Source: a virus (Duplodnaviria; Caudoviricetes). From it: DNA of 62,341 nt. This document shows, one piece after another, positions 46,799 to 57,594 of this stretch. Within the stretch, counting starts at the first letter, position 1. The number at the start of each line of letters is the position of its first letter. The notes below the pieces were generated by a model. It was not told the DNA's origin. It saw only the letters and a list, made by a program, of their open reading frames with translations, and made no database searches. Made by a program: the position numbers and the translations under genes. Location: the IMG/VR virus record IMGVR_UViG_3300042485_001404, positions 1 through 62,341 of that record; one strand, written 5' to 3'.

Positions 46799-49033
46799 TT
46801 AGTTATTTTTATACAGAATAGCTTTGTCTATTTGAAGAATTACTGCAGGATCTGTAACAGGATTTCCTTTTTTAGTTGGAGTATCAATATAATATTTACC
46901 ATCTTCTACTCTATAAGTAGTTCCTTTTGGTCCTTTTACTTCTGCTTTGTAGTCTCCCCCATACTTAAGTTTAGTAGTTTCTATATCTCTTTGTTCATAA
47001 GTTCTGTCCCAAGCACTTTTTAAAGAAGGAGTATAAACTTCTTCTCCAGATATTTGCACATCAATACCTTGATTACCAATTTTAAAAGAAGATTGGATAT
47101 AGTTTTGTTTCTTGTTATTCAAAGTTCTAGAAGGAGCTGTGTTTTCTTTGTCTACTTCTATTTTAACTAATTTTCCTCCTTCCATAGTTTGAAAAGCCAT
47201 AACAGTACCACCAGTTTCAGGAGATAATACTTCTGCAGATTGAATATGTCCTTGGTTTGCATAGTGGTTTAAATTTACTTCTCCTCCTGGAGTACCAAAA
47301 GTCATTAAAACATTTTTTGGATCTACAGCCACAGTTTTACCTCCTATAGTGAAAAGATATTTTCCTTCTGCTGATAGTCCTCCTAACTTTTTAGCATAGT
47401 GTGTTTTATTTCCTACAGTAATTGTTACTGCTTTTTCAGGATCTAAAGCTGCTTGATACATACCATTTTGAGAGTCTAAATACCTTACTTTAGCTCCTTT
47501 ATATTTTATACTTGGAATACCTTGTAAAGTAGTAAAGTTACCTGTTCCTCCTGTTATATAACTAGCTACAGTATTTCTTACTTCTTTTTGAGTTTCATTA
47601 TTTAAGTTTAATCCATTAAAAGTAGCATTTCCTTTTCCTGATACAATTGCATTTTTCTTAGACATTTCTTTGTCATACATTGTTTTTTCAGCAGCAGACC
47701 AAGTATTTGCATCAGGACTTAATTTTGTTTTATGAGTTTTATTAAAAGCCTCAACAGAAGCTTTTTGTAAATTAAGTTCCATGTTTATAGAATTGTACTG
47801 ATTCATATATTTATCAACTGTTTTAGGGTCTGTAAACATAGCTTCAAGAGCTTTTCTATTTCCTGATATAACTGCTTTATATTCTGCAGAATCTGGTTTT
47901 AATCCATTATTTATGGCCAAGGAACCTAACTCTGTTTTTAAAGTTTCTAATTTAGTGTTGTTAACTTTCCAAGTAACTCCTGCAGATGTAGAAGAATGAT
48001 TTTTTAAACCAATGGCAGATTCAGTTTGAATAATAACTTCTTCTACTTTTGCTCTTTCTTCTTTAGCTATTTCTTGTTTATAACTATCATTTTTCATACT
48101 TTGAGAAGTACTAGAAGATTTTTGTTCAAAAACTTCTGCTGCTGCTTGTGCTTTTCTTCCCCAATAATTACTTGGATTAGTTTGAAGAGTTTTGTATGTT
48201 TTGCCATCTTTTCCTTTTACTCCTACATACCCATAAGCTTCTCCTGGTTTATTTATTCCTTCATAACCTGCTAAATCTTCTCCTTCTGTCCCTAACTGAG
48301 CATACCTATTTGCAGCATATAAAGTAGGAGTGTCTGCTCCTACTTGGTCTATGTAAGTTTTTATAATGTCTTCTTGAGTCAATCTTTTTCCAGATTGTTT
48401 ATCTGTGTAAATATACATTCCTGAAGGAGTGTCCCATTCTTTAGACCATTCTTCAGGTTTCATGTGAGTTAAAAACTTTTCATCAAAATCAACTTTATAG
48501 TATTGGTCTTGAATATCTAAAGTATTCTCAGGTTTTTTAGACTCTTTGTTCCATTTTAAACCTCCTTCAGCTTTATATTTTTCTCTGATTTTAGCTTCTT
48601 CAATAGTTGCAATAGCAGGATCTAATTTACCTGCTTTAACTAAATCTGCTATTCTTTCTTTTTCAGTTAAAAAAAGTTTTTTATTTGCTTCTCTAGTTCC
48701 TATCTCTCCAGTACTACTCCAATCTTGAGTTATGTCTCTACTTATTTTTGTAATCTCAGGAGCATATTTTTGATAATTCATAGGGTCATTCTGAATTCCA
48801 GAAATAGTCTGATCAATTCTTTGTTGATACTCTTGTATTTTAGCTCTTGTTCCTGGGCTATCTTCTTCTAAAACATCTGCCTTTAACTTATCTGAATAAG
48901 CTGTTAAAGTACTAATATTATCATCTACAGCTTTATCTTTTTTGTCAATAATACTTGCCATCAACTCATAAGGAGCTTGAAACATTTTATTGTCAAGAAA
49001 TTCTGCTGGTGTACCTCTATAAAACTGTCCCAT
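46799..49033 (-). CDS. putative internal virion/ejection protein
   Basis: 744 aa, no Cys seen, directly upstream of vRNAP. Confidence 0.7.
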   Translation of the reverse strand: MGQFYRGTPAEFLDNKMFQAPYELMASIIDKKDKAVDDNISTLTAYSDKLKADVLEEDSPGTRAKIQEYQQRIDQTISGIQNDPMNYQKYAPEITKISRDITQDWSSTGEIGTREANKKLFLTEKERIADLVKAGKLDPAIATIEEAKIREKYKAEGGLKWNKESKKPENTLDIQDQYYKVDFDEKFLTHMKPEEWSKEWDTPSGMYIYTDKQSGKRLTQEDIIKTYIDQVGADTPTLYAANRYAQLGTEGEDLAGYEGINKPGEAYGYVGVKGKDGKTYKTLQTNPSNYWGRKAQAAAEVFEQKSSSTSQSMKNDSYKQEIAKEERAKVEEVIIQTESAIGLKNHSSTSAGVTWKVNNTKLETLKTELGSLAINNGLKPDSAEYKAVISGNRKALEAMFTDPKTVDKYMNQYNSINMELNLQKASVEAFNKTHKTKLSPDANTWSAAEKTMYDKEMSKKNAIVSGKGNATFNGLNLNNETQKEVRNTVASYITGGTGNFTTLQGIPSIKYKGAKVRYLDSQNGMYQAALDPEKAVTITVGNKTHYAKKLGGLSAEGKYLFTIGGKTVAVDPKNVLMTFGTPGGEVNLNHYANQGHIQSAEVLSPETGGTVMAFQTMEGGKLVKIEVDKENTAPSRTLNNKKQNYIQSSFKIGNQGIDVQISGEEVYTPSLKSAWDRTYEQRDIETTKLKYGGDYKAEVKGPKGTTYRVEDGKYYIDTPTKKGNPVTDPAVILQIDKAILYKNN

Positions 49034-49035
49034 AA

Positions 49036-51819
49036 TTAGTTACCTTTACCTGGATTAATTGTCTTCATTAATTCTTGAAATTGTTCTCTAGTCATAGAAA
49101 TTGTTCCTCCTTTTCCATCAGGAATTTCTAAGTTATTTCCTTTACTTTGAGTAGAGTTATTTTTATTACTTATACCACTTGCATTTGCAGAAAACCATTT
49201 ACCATAATCTTTCATAAGGTTTCCTTTTATTTTATTTTCTTTCATGGCATTTAAGTCCTTACCAATATTTTGTATGCCTAAGGCTTGATCTCTAAGACCT
49301 ACACCTTTGGCACTGTAGTAAGCATCTTTAGCAGCTTCATTAGCCATAGCAGCTTGATGTTCTCCTGTACCTCTTAATTGGTCAGCACTCAAAGCTGTAC
49401 TAGCTTTACTTTTGAAAATATCTGAAACTTGTCCTGCAGCTCCTGCACTAATAGATGCAATTTGCTCATTTAAAGCTGTATCATAAAGCCAATCCATTGT
49501 TTTTGCTACATTACCACTCCTAGTAGCATTTCTACCTGCTCTCTTTCCTCCTTGTGTAGTAGCTGTGGCTTTAACTATTGCTTGTGCTTTAGCTGCTTCA
49601 ATAGAATTCATAGCATTATCTAATTGCTTTTGAGACTCTTTACCGGCATTAGCAAATACATTTCTATGTGTTACATCAGTACTCCTTTGTTCAGCAGCAT
49701 TTTTAAGACCTGATGTAGCCCCTAAGTAATTACCAAATAATCCAGTTAAGTCTCCTAAACCTGGAATCATTCCTTCTTCATCAAGTTTTTTAACTTTTTG
49801 TCCTATTTTATTCCCCATTTTATTAAGCCCTCTACTAAGCATAGTGCCAGGAAGGTTAACTTTTTTTGTAGTTCCTTCAACAGTTTCTTGAACTTGTGCT
49901 AGTTCTGTAGTATCAATAGGGTTTTCAACTGCCCCTTCTGTTTGAACTAAAGTTTCTTCTTGTGCTAAAGGTTCTGCAGATTCTCCAAAATAAACTTTTC
50001 TAAAATCTTTTTGAAAATCTGGGTCACCTAAAGCAAGTTCCATATCGCTTTGGTTTTTAGTGATACCATCTCCACCTCTTACCCAAGAAGGAAAACCAGT
50101 TTGGTCTTTATCTTTTAAAAATTTTCTTGCTTTTCTTCTATCTCTTCTGCCCCAAGTACCATCTGGATTACTTCCAATAACAGTTTGAATTTGTTGCATA
50201 GTTATAGGATCTATTTCATTAGGATCTATTCCATCTTCACTAGTCCCTAAATCATATTCAGTTACTCCATCAGCTCCTGTACCCATACCATATCTCATAG
50301 ACTCTCCTACAGGATTTTCTTGTACACCTGCCATACTTGTACCAAAAGCTGCTACTACAGTATCAGCCATCTGTTGCATGTTGTTTACTTGCTCTTGAAA
50401 TTGTAAGTCAGCTATTTCTTCTTTTTGAATAGCTGCCATTTTTCTTTGCATAGCATTTTTAACAGCAGAATCAAGTAAAGGTTGTGAAGCAGTTTTCTCA
50501 AGATTAGCAATTTGTCTTTCTCTGTTAGCCTTTCTTTCAGCAAGAGTTTCCTTACCTACTGTAAGTCTATCAGAATAAACTTTAGTTCCTTCAGGGATAT
50601 CTTGATTTACTTCCATAGGAATACCACCTTGTTCATGACTAGGTCCTTGAAATTCTCCTGTCTCTCCTTGTGGAGTTTCATACATTTCTCCCCCTTCAAC
50701 TTCTACATCAGCATTTACATTATTCATACCATTAGCAACAGACTTAAATCTATCTCCAATGGGACTTTGAAACTCAGGGTTTGTGGTATCCTTAACATCC
50801 CCTGAAACAGTAAAATTTCCTGTATCACCTCCTGATTTTGCTTTCCCCATTCCAAGGGCAGTTTGAGCAAGACCTCCTACTAAGGCAACAATAGGCACCA
50901 CAGAGTTTTCAGCAACTTGTTGATCTGCTTTAGCTAACATAATATTATAGTCACTTAGTACTTCATTAGGACTAGGGATATAATTGTTAGGACCAACCCC
51001 TTTAGCATTAGATCCAGCAGCATATTTTTTTCTAGGGTTCATTCCTTTTTTCATAATTCCATCTTGGTTAGTGCCAAAAGCTAATTTTTGTTGCTCCCAC
51101 ATTTTTAATTCAGCAGAATTAGAAACAGGAACATACTGTACATTAGCAAGTTGCCCAGGTTTTTCTACTCCACCTCTTTTAGGGTCAGTATTATAGTATT
51201 GAATAATTTTCTTTTTGTCTATTAGAGAAGGTGTTTCTAATTCTTTTTTAATAACCTTACTTACTTCTTCTACTACAGGAGTTGCTGCTTTACCTACACT
51301 AGTTACATCAGCCCCAACATTTCCAAGATCTAATAAATCTAAAGCTAAGTTTTTTACATCTGCTTTACTTATTTGTTTACTAGATGTTCTTTGGTTTTTT
51401 AATTTAAAAGGAGAAGGTATATTTAAAGGATTAGTAGCTTTGTTTACTTTTTCTGCTACTTTTTCTACTCCTTTAAAAATTTTCTTAGCTCCAGTAACTG
51501 TTCTAGAAGCCTTGCTAGCTTTAGCTAAATTAAATAAAACTTTAGCTTTACCTACCATAGGTAAGGCACCTAAAACATTTAAAGCTAAATTTCCAACAGA
51601 ACCCTTACCTTCATATAAATCTTTACCTGCATAATAAACATCAGGATAAGAAGTAATACCTATAGGGTCAATCATCTTTGCTGCTTGAACTACTACATTA
51701 TCATTTATACTTCTTACCTTATCCCAATCAACATCATAACTAGCAGGAGATTTTTCTCCTTTAGTAAAATTAAGTCTTTTAGATTTTTGATTAGGATTAG
51801 GTTTCTTAGGTTGTAACAT
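49036..51819 (-). CDS. putative internal virion/ejection protein
   Basis: 927 aa; VEVEGGE...GPSHEQGGIP...VYSDRL block typical of crAss-like cargo proteins; Ala/Gln-rich C-terminus. Confidence 0.72.
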   Translation of the reverse strand: MLQPKKPNPNQKSKRLNFTKGEKSPASYDVDWDKVRSINDNVVVQAAKMIDPIGITSYPDVYYAGKDLYEGKGSVGNLALNVLGALPMVGKAKVLFNLAKASKASRTVTGAKKIFKGVEKVAEKVNKATNPLNIPSPFKLKNQRTSSKQISKADVKNLALDLLDLGNVGADVTSVGKAATPVVEEVSKVIKKELETPSLIDKKKIIQYYNTDPKRGGVEKPGQLANVQYVPVSNSAELKMWEQQKLAFGTNQDGIMKKGMNPRKKYAAGSNAKGVGPNNYIPSPNEVLSDYNIMLAKADQQVAENSVVPIVALVGGLAQTALGMGKAKSGGDTGNFTVSGDVKDTTNPEFQSPIGDRFKSVANGMNNVNADVEVEGGEMYETPQGETGEFQGPSHEQGGIPMEVNQDIPEGTKVYSDRLTVGKETLAERKANRERQIANLEKTASQPLLDSAVKNAMQRKMAAIQKEEIADLQFQEQVNNMQQMADTVVAAFGTSMAGVQENPVGESMRYGMGTGADGVTEYDLGTSEDGIDPNEIDPITMQQIQTVIGSNPDGTWGRRDRRKARKFLKDKDQTGFPSWVRGGDGITKNQSDMELALGDPDFQKDFRKVYFGESAEPLAQEETLVQTEGAVENPIDTTELAQVQETVEGTTKKVNLPGTMLSRGLNKMGNKIGQKVKKLDEEGMIPGLGDLTGLFGNYLGATSGLKNAAEQRSTDVTHRNVFANAGKESQKQLDNAMNSIEAAKAQAIVKATATTQGGKRAGRNATRSGNVAKTMDWLYDTALNEQIASISAGAAGQVSDIFKSKASTALSADQLRGTGEHQAAMANEAAKDAYYSAKGVGLRDQALGIQNIGKDLNAMKENKIKGNLMKDYGKWFSANASGISNKNNSTQSKGNNLEIPDGKGGTISMTREQFQELMKTINPGKGN

Positions 51820-51847
51820 CTTTCTTTAGTTTATTAAAGATTATTAT

Positions 51848-54800
51848 TTATCTTTCAGATTGACTTTTCTGTAGTGCTGAGAAATTAAAGATTAATCTTG
51901 TATCAGCAAAGTTATCAAATATTAACCTTACCACCAAGAACTTATCTCTGAAACTTTCTAACTGAGTCCAGTCTTTATTAGAATTGATAGAAGCAGGATT
52001 AACTATTTTATCCATGTAATAATTAGTTTGAAGAGAAGGTAGATCTTTTAAGAACATAGGAACAGTGTAATCTACTCTTATATCTCTTAAAGAGTTCATA
52101 GTCCAATCTCTTTCATTTCTATCTATGATAGCTACTCCTGGAACATTATTAGTTTGTTGTAACAAGTAGTTTATATCACTATCTTGTTTAGGTGCCAAAG
52201 TAACAATTCCACTTGTTTGTTGAGTGTTATAAAATAACCCTTTATTAAAAGTCACATATCTTTGATCTAAATATTCTTCACTAACTGTATCAAATTTCTT
52301 AGCTTCAGTTTGAAACATTAGTCCAGACCATACTTTAGTTGCTAAAGCTCCTGGGTTATCTACATACTCTACAATAAAAGGATACCTAACACCATAGAAA
52401 GTTTGATAATGATTAGGTCTATTATGCTTCCACAACTTAGTAGAACCTTGTGACCAAGAGTAAAACTTCTCTTGAACATGTAAATAGAAACTAGGCATAT
52501 AAGGATGCCATCCTACCCACTCTTGTCTTTTTAAAGAGTAAGACATAGTCCAACTATTATTTAAAGTCTGAGGTACAAAAACTTCTCCATCTTCATATTC
52601 AATGACAGTTACAGGAACAGTTGTAGGTCTTTCTACTTCTACATAAGTGTAGACTGGAGGAGGAGGTGTACCTACTTGAGTAGGTGTAACTGGAACTTCA
52701 TTTACAGTAAAATTACCAGTAGTTAAGTCTAACTTATAAGTACCCATAAAATATCCATCAGACATACTATTTGTAATAGTGTCTTTTCTAGGCATTGGAA
52801 TATTTACAGGAGGAAAATCATAAATACCTAATAAAGTTCCACCTGTATTAACAAAGTCAAAACCTACTAAAGCCATAGTACCTCCTTGATAAACAAAAGA
52901 TTTTAAGTTAACATCTCCTCCTTCTACAGATACACACAAAGGTTCTCCTGAATCATAATCTTTAAGTTTACAATCTGAAGCAATAGTTCCAAACCACCAA
53001 GAGGCTGCTTGAAAAATAATATTGTTATTAGCTGGAAAATCTTCTTTTAATTTTTTAGTATTAAATAAAACAGATTCAAGACCAAATCCAGCGTTATCTC
53101 CTGACCAATGAATGTAATCTGTAAAATCAGGTTCATCAGCAGCTCCATATCCATACACTAAAGAGTTAACAGGACTAGTTAGTTTTGTTCTTGTATCTAA
53201 ATCATTATAACCAGTTGGCATAATATATTGAAAGACAAGATAATCTGCAGAACTAAATACTGTAGCAGTTTGTTTTTCATACCTTTTTTGAGTAGTTGGT
53301 TGTGCAATAGTTTTTTCAAATTTTAGTCTACAGTTTTCTACTCCCATATAAGCCCAACCATTAGCATTTCTAGCTGCTATAGTTTCAGACAAGTCTGTAA
53401 AAATAGTTGTCTGTCCTCCTTTAGTACAAATTTCATAATCTTGCTCAGGAAGATTTGTAATTTTAAGATCTTTCTTAGTAATAAGAAGTCTTTCTTTATT
53501 TGTATCATAAGTAGATAGAAACCCTACTCCTATATTATTAGAAGGGTTATTGGTGTAAGGATATTTAATTTTATTGGCACTGTAATATTGTTGTTCAATA
53601 ATAAGGTCCATGTGAGTTTTGAAATAATTACTATTTCCATTATCACTGATAGGTTGTAATTGTTGTCCATCAAATAGATACCATTTCTTTTCTTTTGCAG
53701 AAGGAAATAAAATTCCAAACTTAGTCTTAGTTCTTCCCCATTTATGTCTATTACCTGCAGAAGAGTTATTGTCATCTACTATCTTTCTAGGAGGAATAGA
53801 GAAGTACTCTCCTGTACCTATGAAAGAAATTATATCTGAAGTAACTCTTTCTTGGAAAGTCTGAGGACAATGCCAAAGACCTTCTTCAGTATGAACATAA
53901 AGATTATTTTGTATTCTAAATAAATCAGTAATCCTACCTGTTTCTGCTTCAAGATCTTTGTAGTTATTAGGTAGAAACATTCTAAAATTATCTGTTACTT
54001 CTTCTTGAAAAGCTTGTTCTGACCAATGAAATCTATGTGGAAAAGTCTCCACACAATCTGAACAACAATCATATTCTAATCCTAAATGATTAAAAGTTTT
54101 TTGTTTATTTCTTCTTGTGTAATCTGGATTTATAGAGTAGATCTCTGCTGATGCTAATCCTACATAAGCTCTTCCACCTTTTCTTGCTGCATCTAAATAA
54201 GTTAACTTCTTAACCATGTGAAAATCTAAAGCAGTAGTAGGAGGAATTTCATTAGAACCCACTGAGTTAATATCAAAATATTCTCTGTTCCATTCTGAGG
54301 CAGTAGTTCCAGATTCAATTAATCCTGGGGCATTTAAGAAATCAGGAGTGTTGTCTGTGGCTCCATGTCTTAATCCTATATTTATAGAAGACTCAAACCA
54401 AAGATTAGCACAATCTCCTAGCCACTGTATTTCATCATCTTGAGGGTTTTTTCTAAATCCTCTAGGTTTTGCTGTAATGAGATCAATATCATCTTGCATG
54501 TAACTATCTGTAATAGTTTCTCTTAATCCTTCTTTATATAAAAGACCATAAGCTTTGTTCCAAGCATCTTGTTGTAACCCAGAAATTGTTAAGGTAGTTG
54601 CAACTCCTACAAGACCTGCTGCTAAACTTATCAAACCAATTGAAGCTGCTGTTCCTACTCCCCAAGTAAATATAGCAACTACTACAGCTGCTACTACAAG
54701 AACTGCAGCAAGTAAATACTTAAAAAAAGAAGTTTTACCTGCTCTTTTTTTCATCCTAGTGTCAAAGTAAACACTATTGACATATCTCATAGCACTAATA

Positions 54801-57592
54801 TAACTATCTCCATTAAAGACAGTAGCAGTACCAATGTTTGTTATAGAGTCAAAAGTTTCAGGATTTTTACTTTCCTTATAATAAGGAGTTAATCTAAAAT
54901 TAGAGTAAGGTTCAAGAATATCTCTATATAAATAAACATAAGGTAAACTACTTACAGTATTGAAAGTATAGTTTTGTTTTAAATGTACTATGCCTACCCT
55001 ATTATCACAAGCTAAGTTAAATACATCTACCCCTTTATCAGCACTATCATTAGTTAACTTGTCTTCTAAAGCAGTTAGATAATACAGTTCTTTAATGTTA
55101 TTTTCATTTAAAGTAAAAGTATTTTGTGCTACAAAATCTGTTGTAGTATCTCTAGTTTTTATTTGAATAGTAAAACCATCATCATCACTTTCTCCATCCT
55201 TATGTTTTCCTCTTACATAACCTGACCCATCAGATACATCTCTAATTTTAGTTCTACTCTTAATAGAAGTAAGTTTATCAAATTTACCTTGTTGTACAAT
55301 TTTAGAAAAACTTGAGTATTTTCTATTATTAAATTTGTACTCAGGATAAATCAATCCTACAATATCTTTTTTAATTTTTGTAGCTTGTTCTCCAGGAGTA
55401 GCATATTGTGGAAACAAAAGTCCTTGAGCTACAAAGTTTTTTTCTTTAGTAGTTGAGGTAAGTACAGCACTATCTATAATAGTTCTATCAGACTCTTTTC
55501 TTTCATTTCTTACAATATAGTAACCAATTATTTTTTGACCATTAGTATCTACTAAAGAAGGTTTTACAATGTTAGAAAATTTAAGTCCAAAAATATCAGT
55601 AGTATATAAAGGAGAAGAAGTATCTTGAATCCCTGTTGCTATTACTATTTTATAGGTCATTTTTGATACAGTGGATGTACCAGTGTAATAATACATACCT
55701 GTTGTACTATCTAGTGTAGGCCCTGTCATAACAACTGTATAGTTAGGAGTAGGGAATTCAAAACTTTCTACAATATCTGTGATAGTAATAGCAGTTGCAT
55801 ATAAACTACTAGAACTAGAATTATAATTTATATCTCTTACTCTATTATCTGTTGAACTTACTACAAATTCTTGAGGATCTATAGTATTATTTAAAACACC
55901 TGGAACTGTGTCTTCTGTATAATTTACATTATAAGTGTAAGGACCCTTAGTTACAGGGTCTCCAAAATTTGCAGGTAAAGGTGTACAAGTAACTCCTTCA
56001 GGACACTCAGTAGGGCAATCTGCATCTTCCTTTGAAACTGTAACAAGAAGAGTCCTTACAAAATTAGCAGCTTCAGTTGGAGAAACTTTTTCTATAAAAG
56101 GAATATCATGATCTGTTCTTAAAGGAAATCTGTGATGTCTTACAGGAGTATCCTCTAAAGACATTCCTTCAGAATCTAATCCCCAATAAGAATTTGAACC
56201 ACAACTAGGATTATCAATGTACATAGTATCTGTACAAGCATTGTCAGAAGTACTCATAGGATAAGTTGCCCCTCCTGCTGAATAAACTGTATCAGGATCT
56301 GCTGTTGGATTTTTTCCAGGAATATGAAATACAGGGGAAAGAGAATTATCTTCAAAAATATAAACAACCCCCAAAGAATAAATTTCTCCTGGCATATATC
56401 CTACACCATTAAAATGAGCTGCAGGATCTTTGGCATTACTAATTTCTGTATCAGAAACTATTACTTTCTTAGTAATTAAATCTGCATTAATTCTACTTGC
56501 ATATTTTTGTAACTTGCAATAGTTTATTTGTTTACCTTCAATATCTCCAAGAATTAACCTATTTTCAATCTGTTCTATACTTTGAGCTTTTTCAATAATA
56601 TTATTGAACATAGTAACTTCTGCTTGAGTACCAGTACTCTCATAGTTAGTTCCTGTGTAATAAAAAGTAGTATTCCTTGTAGAAATTTCAGCAGTATATT
56701 TTGTATCACTAATTAATCCTCCTCCTGCATTAGCCTCAGTAATTGCTAGTCTATAAAAAGGATAAGTAGTATCTAAAGATGTAGGTTCAAAAACTATCTT
56801 TATAGCTTTATTACTAATCTCATAATTCAAATAAGAATCATTCTTTTCCATAGTAGCTCCTCTCTTTTCTCTATATGAAGAGGTAGAAGCTGTGTTATAG
56901 ATCATAATAGTTTCTGTACTTGTAACAAATTCTGTAGGATTAAAATCCTCATCAAGATATTGTACAGAAAAATTATAAGAACCTGGAGGTAAAACTCCAG
57001 CACCATCTATAACTTGTAAATCTTTTACAACAGGTATTTTCTTGTAGGTTTTAAAAAGATTAAATTTAGAAATGTCCCAATCACCTGTCAAAGTGTTTTG
57101 ATACTCTTCTCCTCTATCTAAAACAAATTTTCTAGGTTTTGGGTCAACCCAATAGATAGTTCTTTCACATCCTCTTCTTAATCTAAAAGTTGCATCAATT
57201 TGTTGAGTAACTTTAAAACCAAGTTTTTCTGTTTGGTCATAATCATCAACTACAACAGTTAAATTACATTCTTTATCTAAGATAGCTATAATAGAATTAC
57301 CACTAGGGTGAGCTAAAAATATAACATTGTTTTCTTCTCCTACATAAACTTTTCCAACAGGCACATAAGGAGTTCCTCCTAAAGTAGGAGGATGAGGAAA
57401 TACAGGAATAGAATAACATTCTTCATTAGACTCTTCATTTGCAATAAAGCCATAATCTCCTTCTTTAGTTTCATTAACTCCTGTAAATACAAATCTAGTT
57501 GTGTTTTCAGGTTGATTTACTAGAGAAGAATCTGTGTTTAAGCCTCCAGGGACATTTACATTATTCCCTTCTTGTTGTTTTTCTTGTGCCAT
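51848..57592 (-). CDS. large tail stabilization / muzzle-like protein
   Basis: 1914 aa, beta-rich; starts GGLNTDSSL; located between ring-protein and ejection-protein genes as in crAss-like phages. Confidence 0.72.
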   Translation of the reverse strand: MAQEKQQEGNNVNVPGGLNTDSSLVNQPENTTRFVFTGVNETKEGDYGFIANEESNEECYSIPVFPHPPTLGGTPYVPVGKVYVGEENNVIFLAHPSGNSIIAILDKECNLTVVVDDYDQTEKLGFKVTQQIDATFRLRRGCERTIYWVDPKPRKFVLDRGEEYQNTLTGDWDISKFNLFKTYKKIPVVKDLQVIDGAGVLPPGSYNFSVQYLDEDFNPTEFVTSTETIMIYNTASTSSYREKRGATMEKNDSYLNYEISNKAIKIVFEPTSLDTTYPFYRLAITEANAGGGLISDTKYTAEISTRNTTFYYTGTNYESTGTQAEVTMFNNIIEKAQSIEQIENRLILGDIEGKQINYCKLQKYASRINADLITKKVIVSDTEISNAKDPAAHFNGVGYMPGEIYSLGVVYIFEDNSLSPVFHIPGKNPTADPDTVYSAGGATYPMSTSDNACTDTMYIDNPSCGSNSYWGLDSEGMSLEDTPVRHHRFPLRTDHDIPFIEKVSPTEAANFVRTLLVTVSKEDADCPTECPEGVTCTPLPANFGDPVTKGPYTYNVNYTEDTVPGVLNNTIDPQEFVVSSTDNRVRDINYNSSSSSLYATAITITDIVESFEFPTPNYTVVMTGPTLDSTTGMYYYTGTSTVSKMTYKIVIATGIQDTSSPLYTTDIFGLKFSNIVKPSLVDTNGQKIIGYYIVRNERKESDRTIIDSAVLTSTTKEKNFVAQGLLFPQYATPGEQATKIKKDIVGLIYPEYKFNNRKYSSFSKIVQQGKFDKLTSIKSRTKIRDVSDGSGYVRGKHKDGESDDDGFTIQIKTRDTTTDFVAQNTFTLNENNIKELYYLTALEDKLTNDSADKGVDVFNLACDNRVGIVHLKQNYTFNTVSSLPYVYLYRDILEPYSNFRLTPYYKESKNPETFDSITNIGTATVFNGDSYISAMRYVNSVYFDTRMKKRAGKTSFFKYLLAAVLVVAAVVVAIFTWGVGTAASIGLISLAAGLVGVATTLTISGLQQDAWNKAYGLLYKEGLRETITDSYMQDDIDLITAKPRGFRKNPQDDEIQWLGDCANLWFESSINIGLRHGATDNTPDFLNAPGLIESGTTASEWNREYFDINSVGSNEIPPTTALDFHMVKKLTYLDAARKGGRAYVGLASAEIYSINPDYTRRNKQKTFNHLGLEYDCCSDCVETFPHRFHWSEQAFQEEVTDNFRMFLPNNYKDLEAETGRITDLFRIQNNLYVHTEEGLWHCPQTFQERVTSDIISFIGTGEYFSIPPRKIVDDNNSSAGNRHKWGRTKTKFGILFPSAKEKKWYLFDGQQLQPISDNGNSNYFKTHMDLIIEQQYYSANKIKYPYTNNPSNNIGVGFLSTYDTNKERLLITKKDLKITNLPEQDYEICTKGGQTTIFTDLSETIAARNANGWAYMGVENCRLKFEKTIAQPTTQKRYEKQTATVFSSADYLVFQYIMPTGYNDLDTRTKLTSPVNSLVYGYGAADEPDFTDYIHWSGDNAGFGLESVLFNTKKLKEDFPANNNIIFQAASWWFGTIASDCKLKDYDSGEPLCVSVEGGDVNLKSFVYQGGTMALVGFDFVNTGGTLLGIYDFPPVNIPMPRKDTITNSMSDGYFMGTYKLDLTTGNFTVNEVPVTPTQVGTPPPPVYTYVEVERPTTVPVTVIEYEDGEVFVPQTLNNSWTMSYSLKRQEWVGWHPYMPSFYLHVQEKFYSWSQGSTKLWKHNRPNHYQTFYGVRYPFIVEYVDNPGALATKVWSGLMFQTEAKKFDTVSEEYLDQRYVTFNKGLFYNTQQTSGIVTLAPKQDSDINYLLQQTNNVPGVAIIDRNERDWTMNSLRDIRVDYTVPMFLKDLPSLQTNYYMDKIVNPASINSNKDWTQLESFRDKFLVVRLIFDNFADTRLIFNFSALQKSQSER

Positions 57593-57594
57593 AA

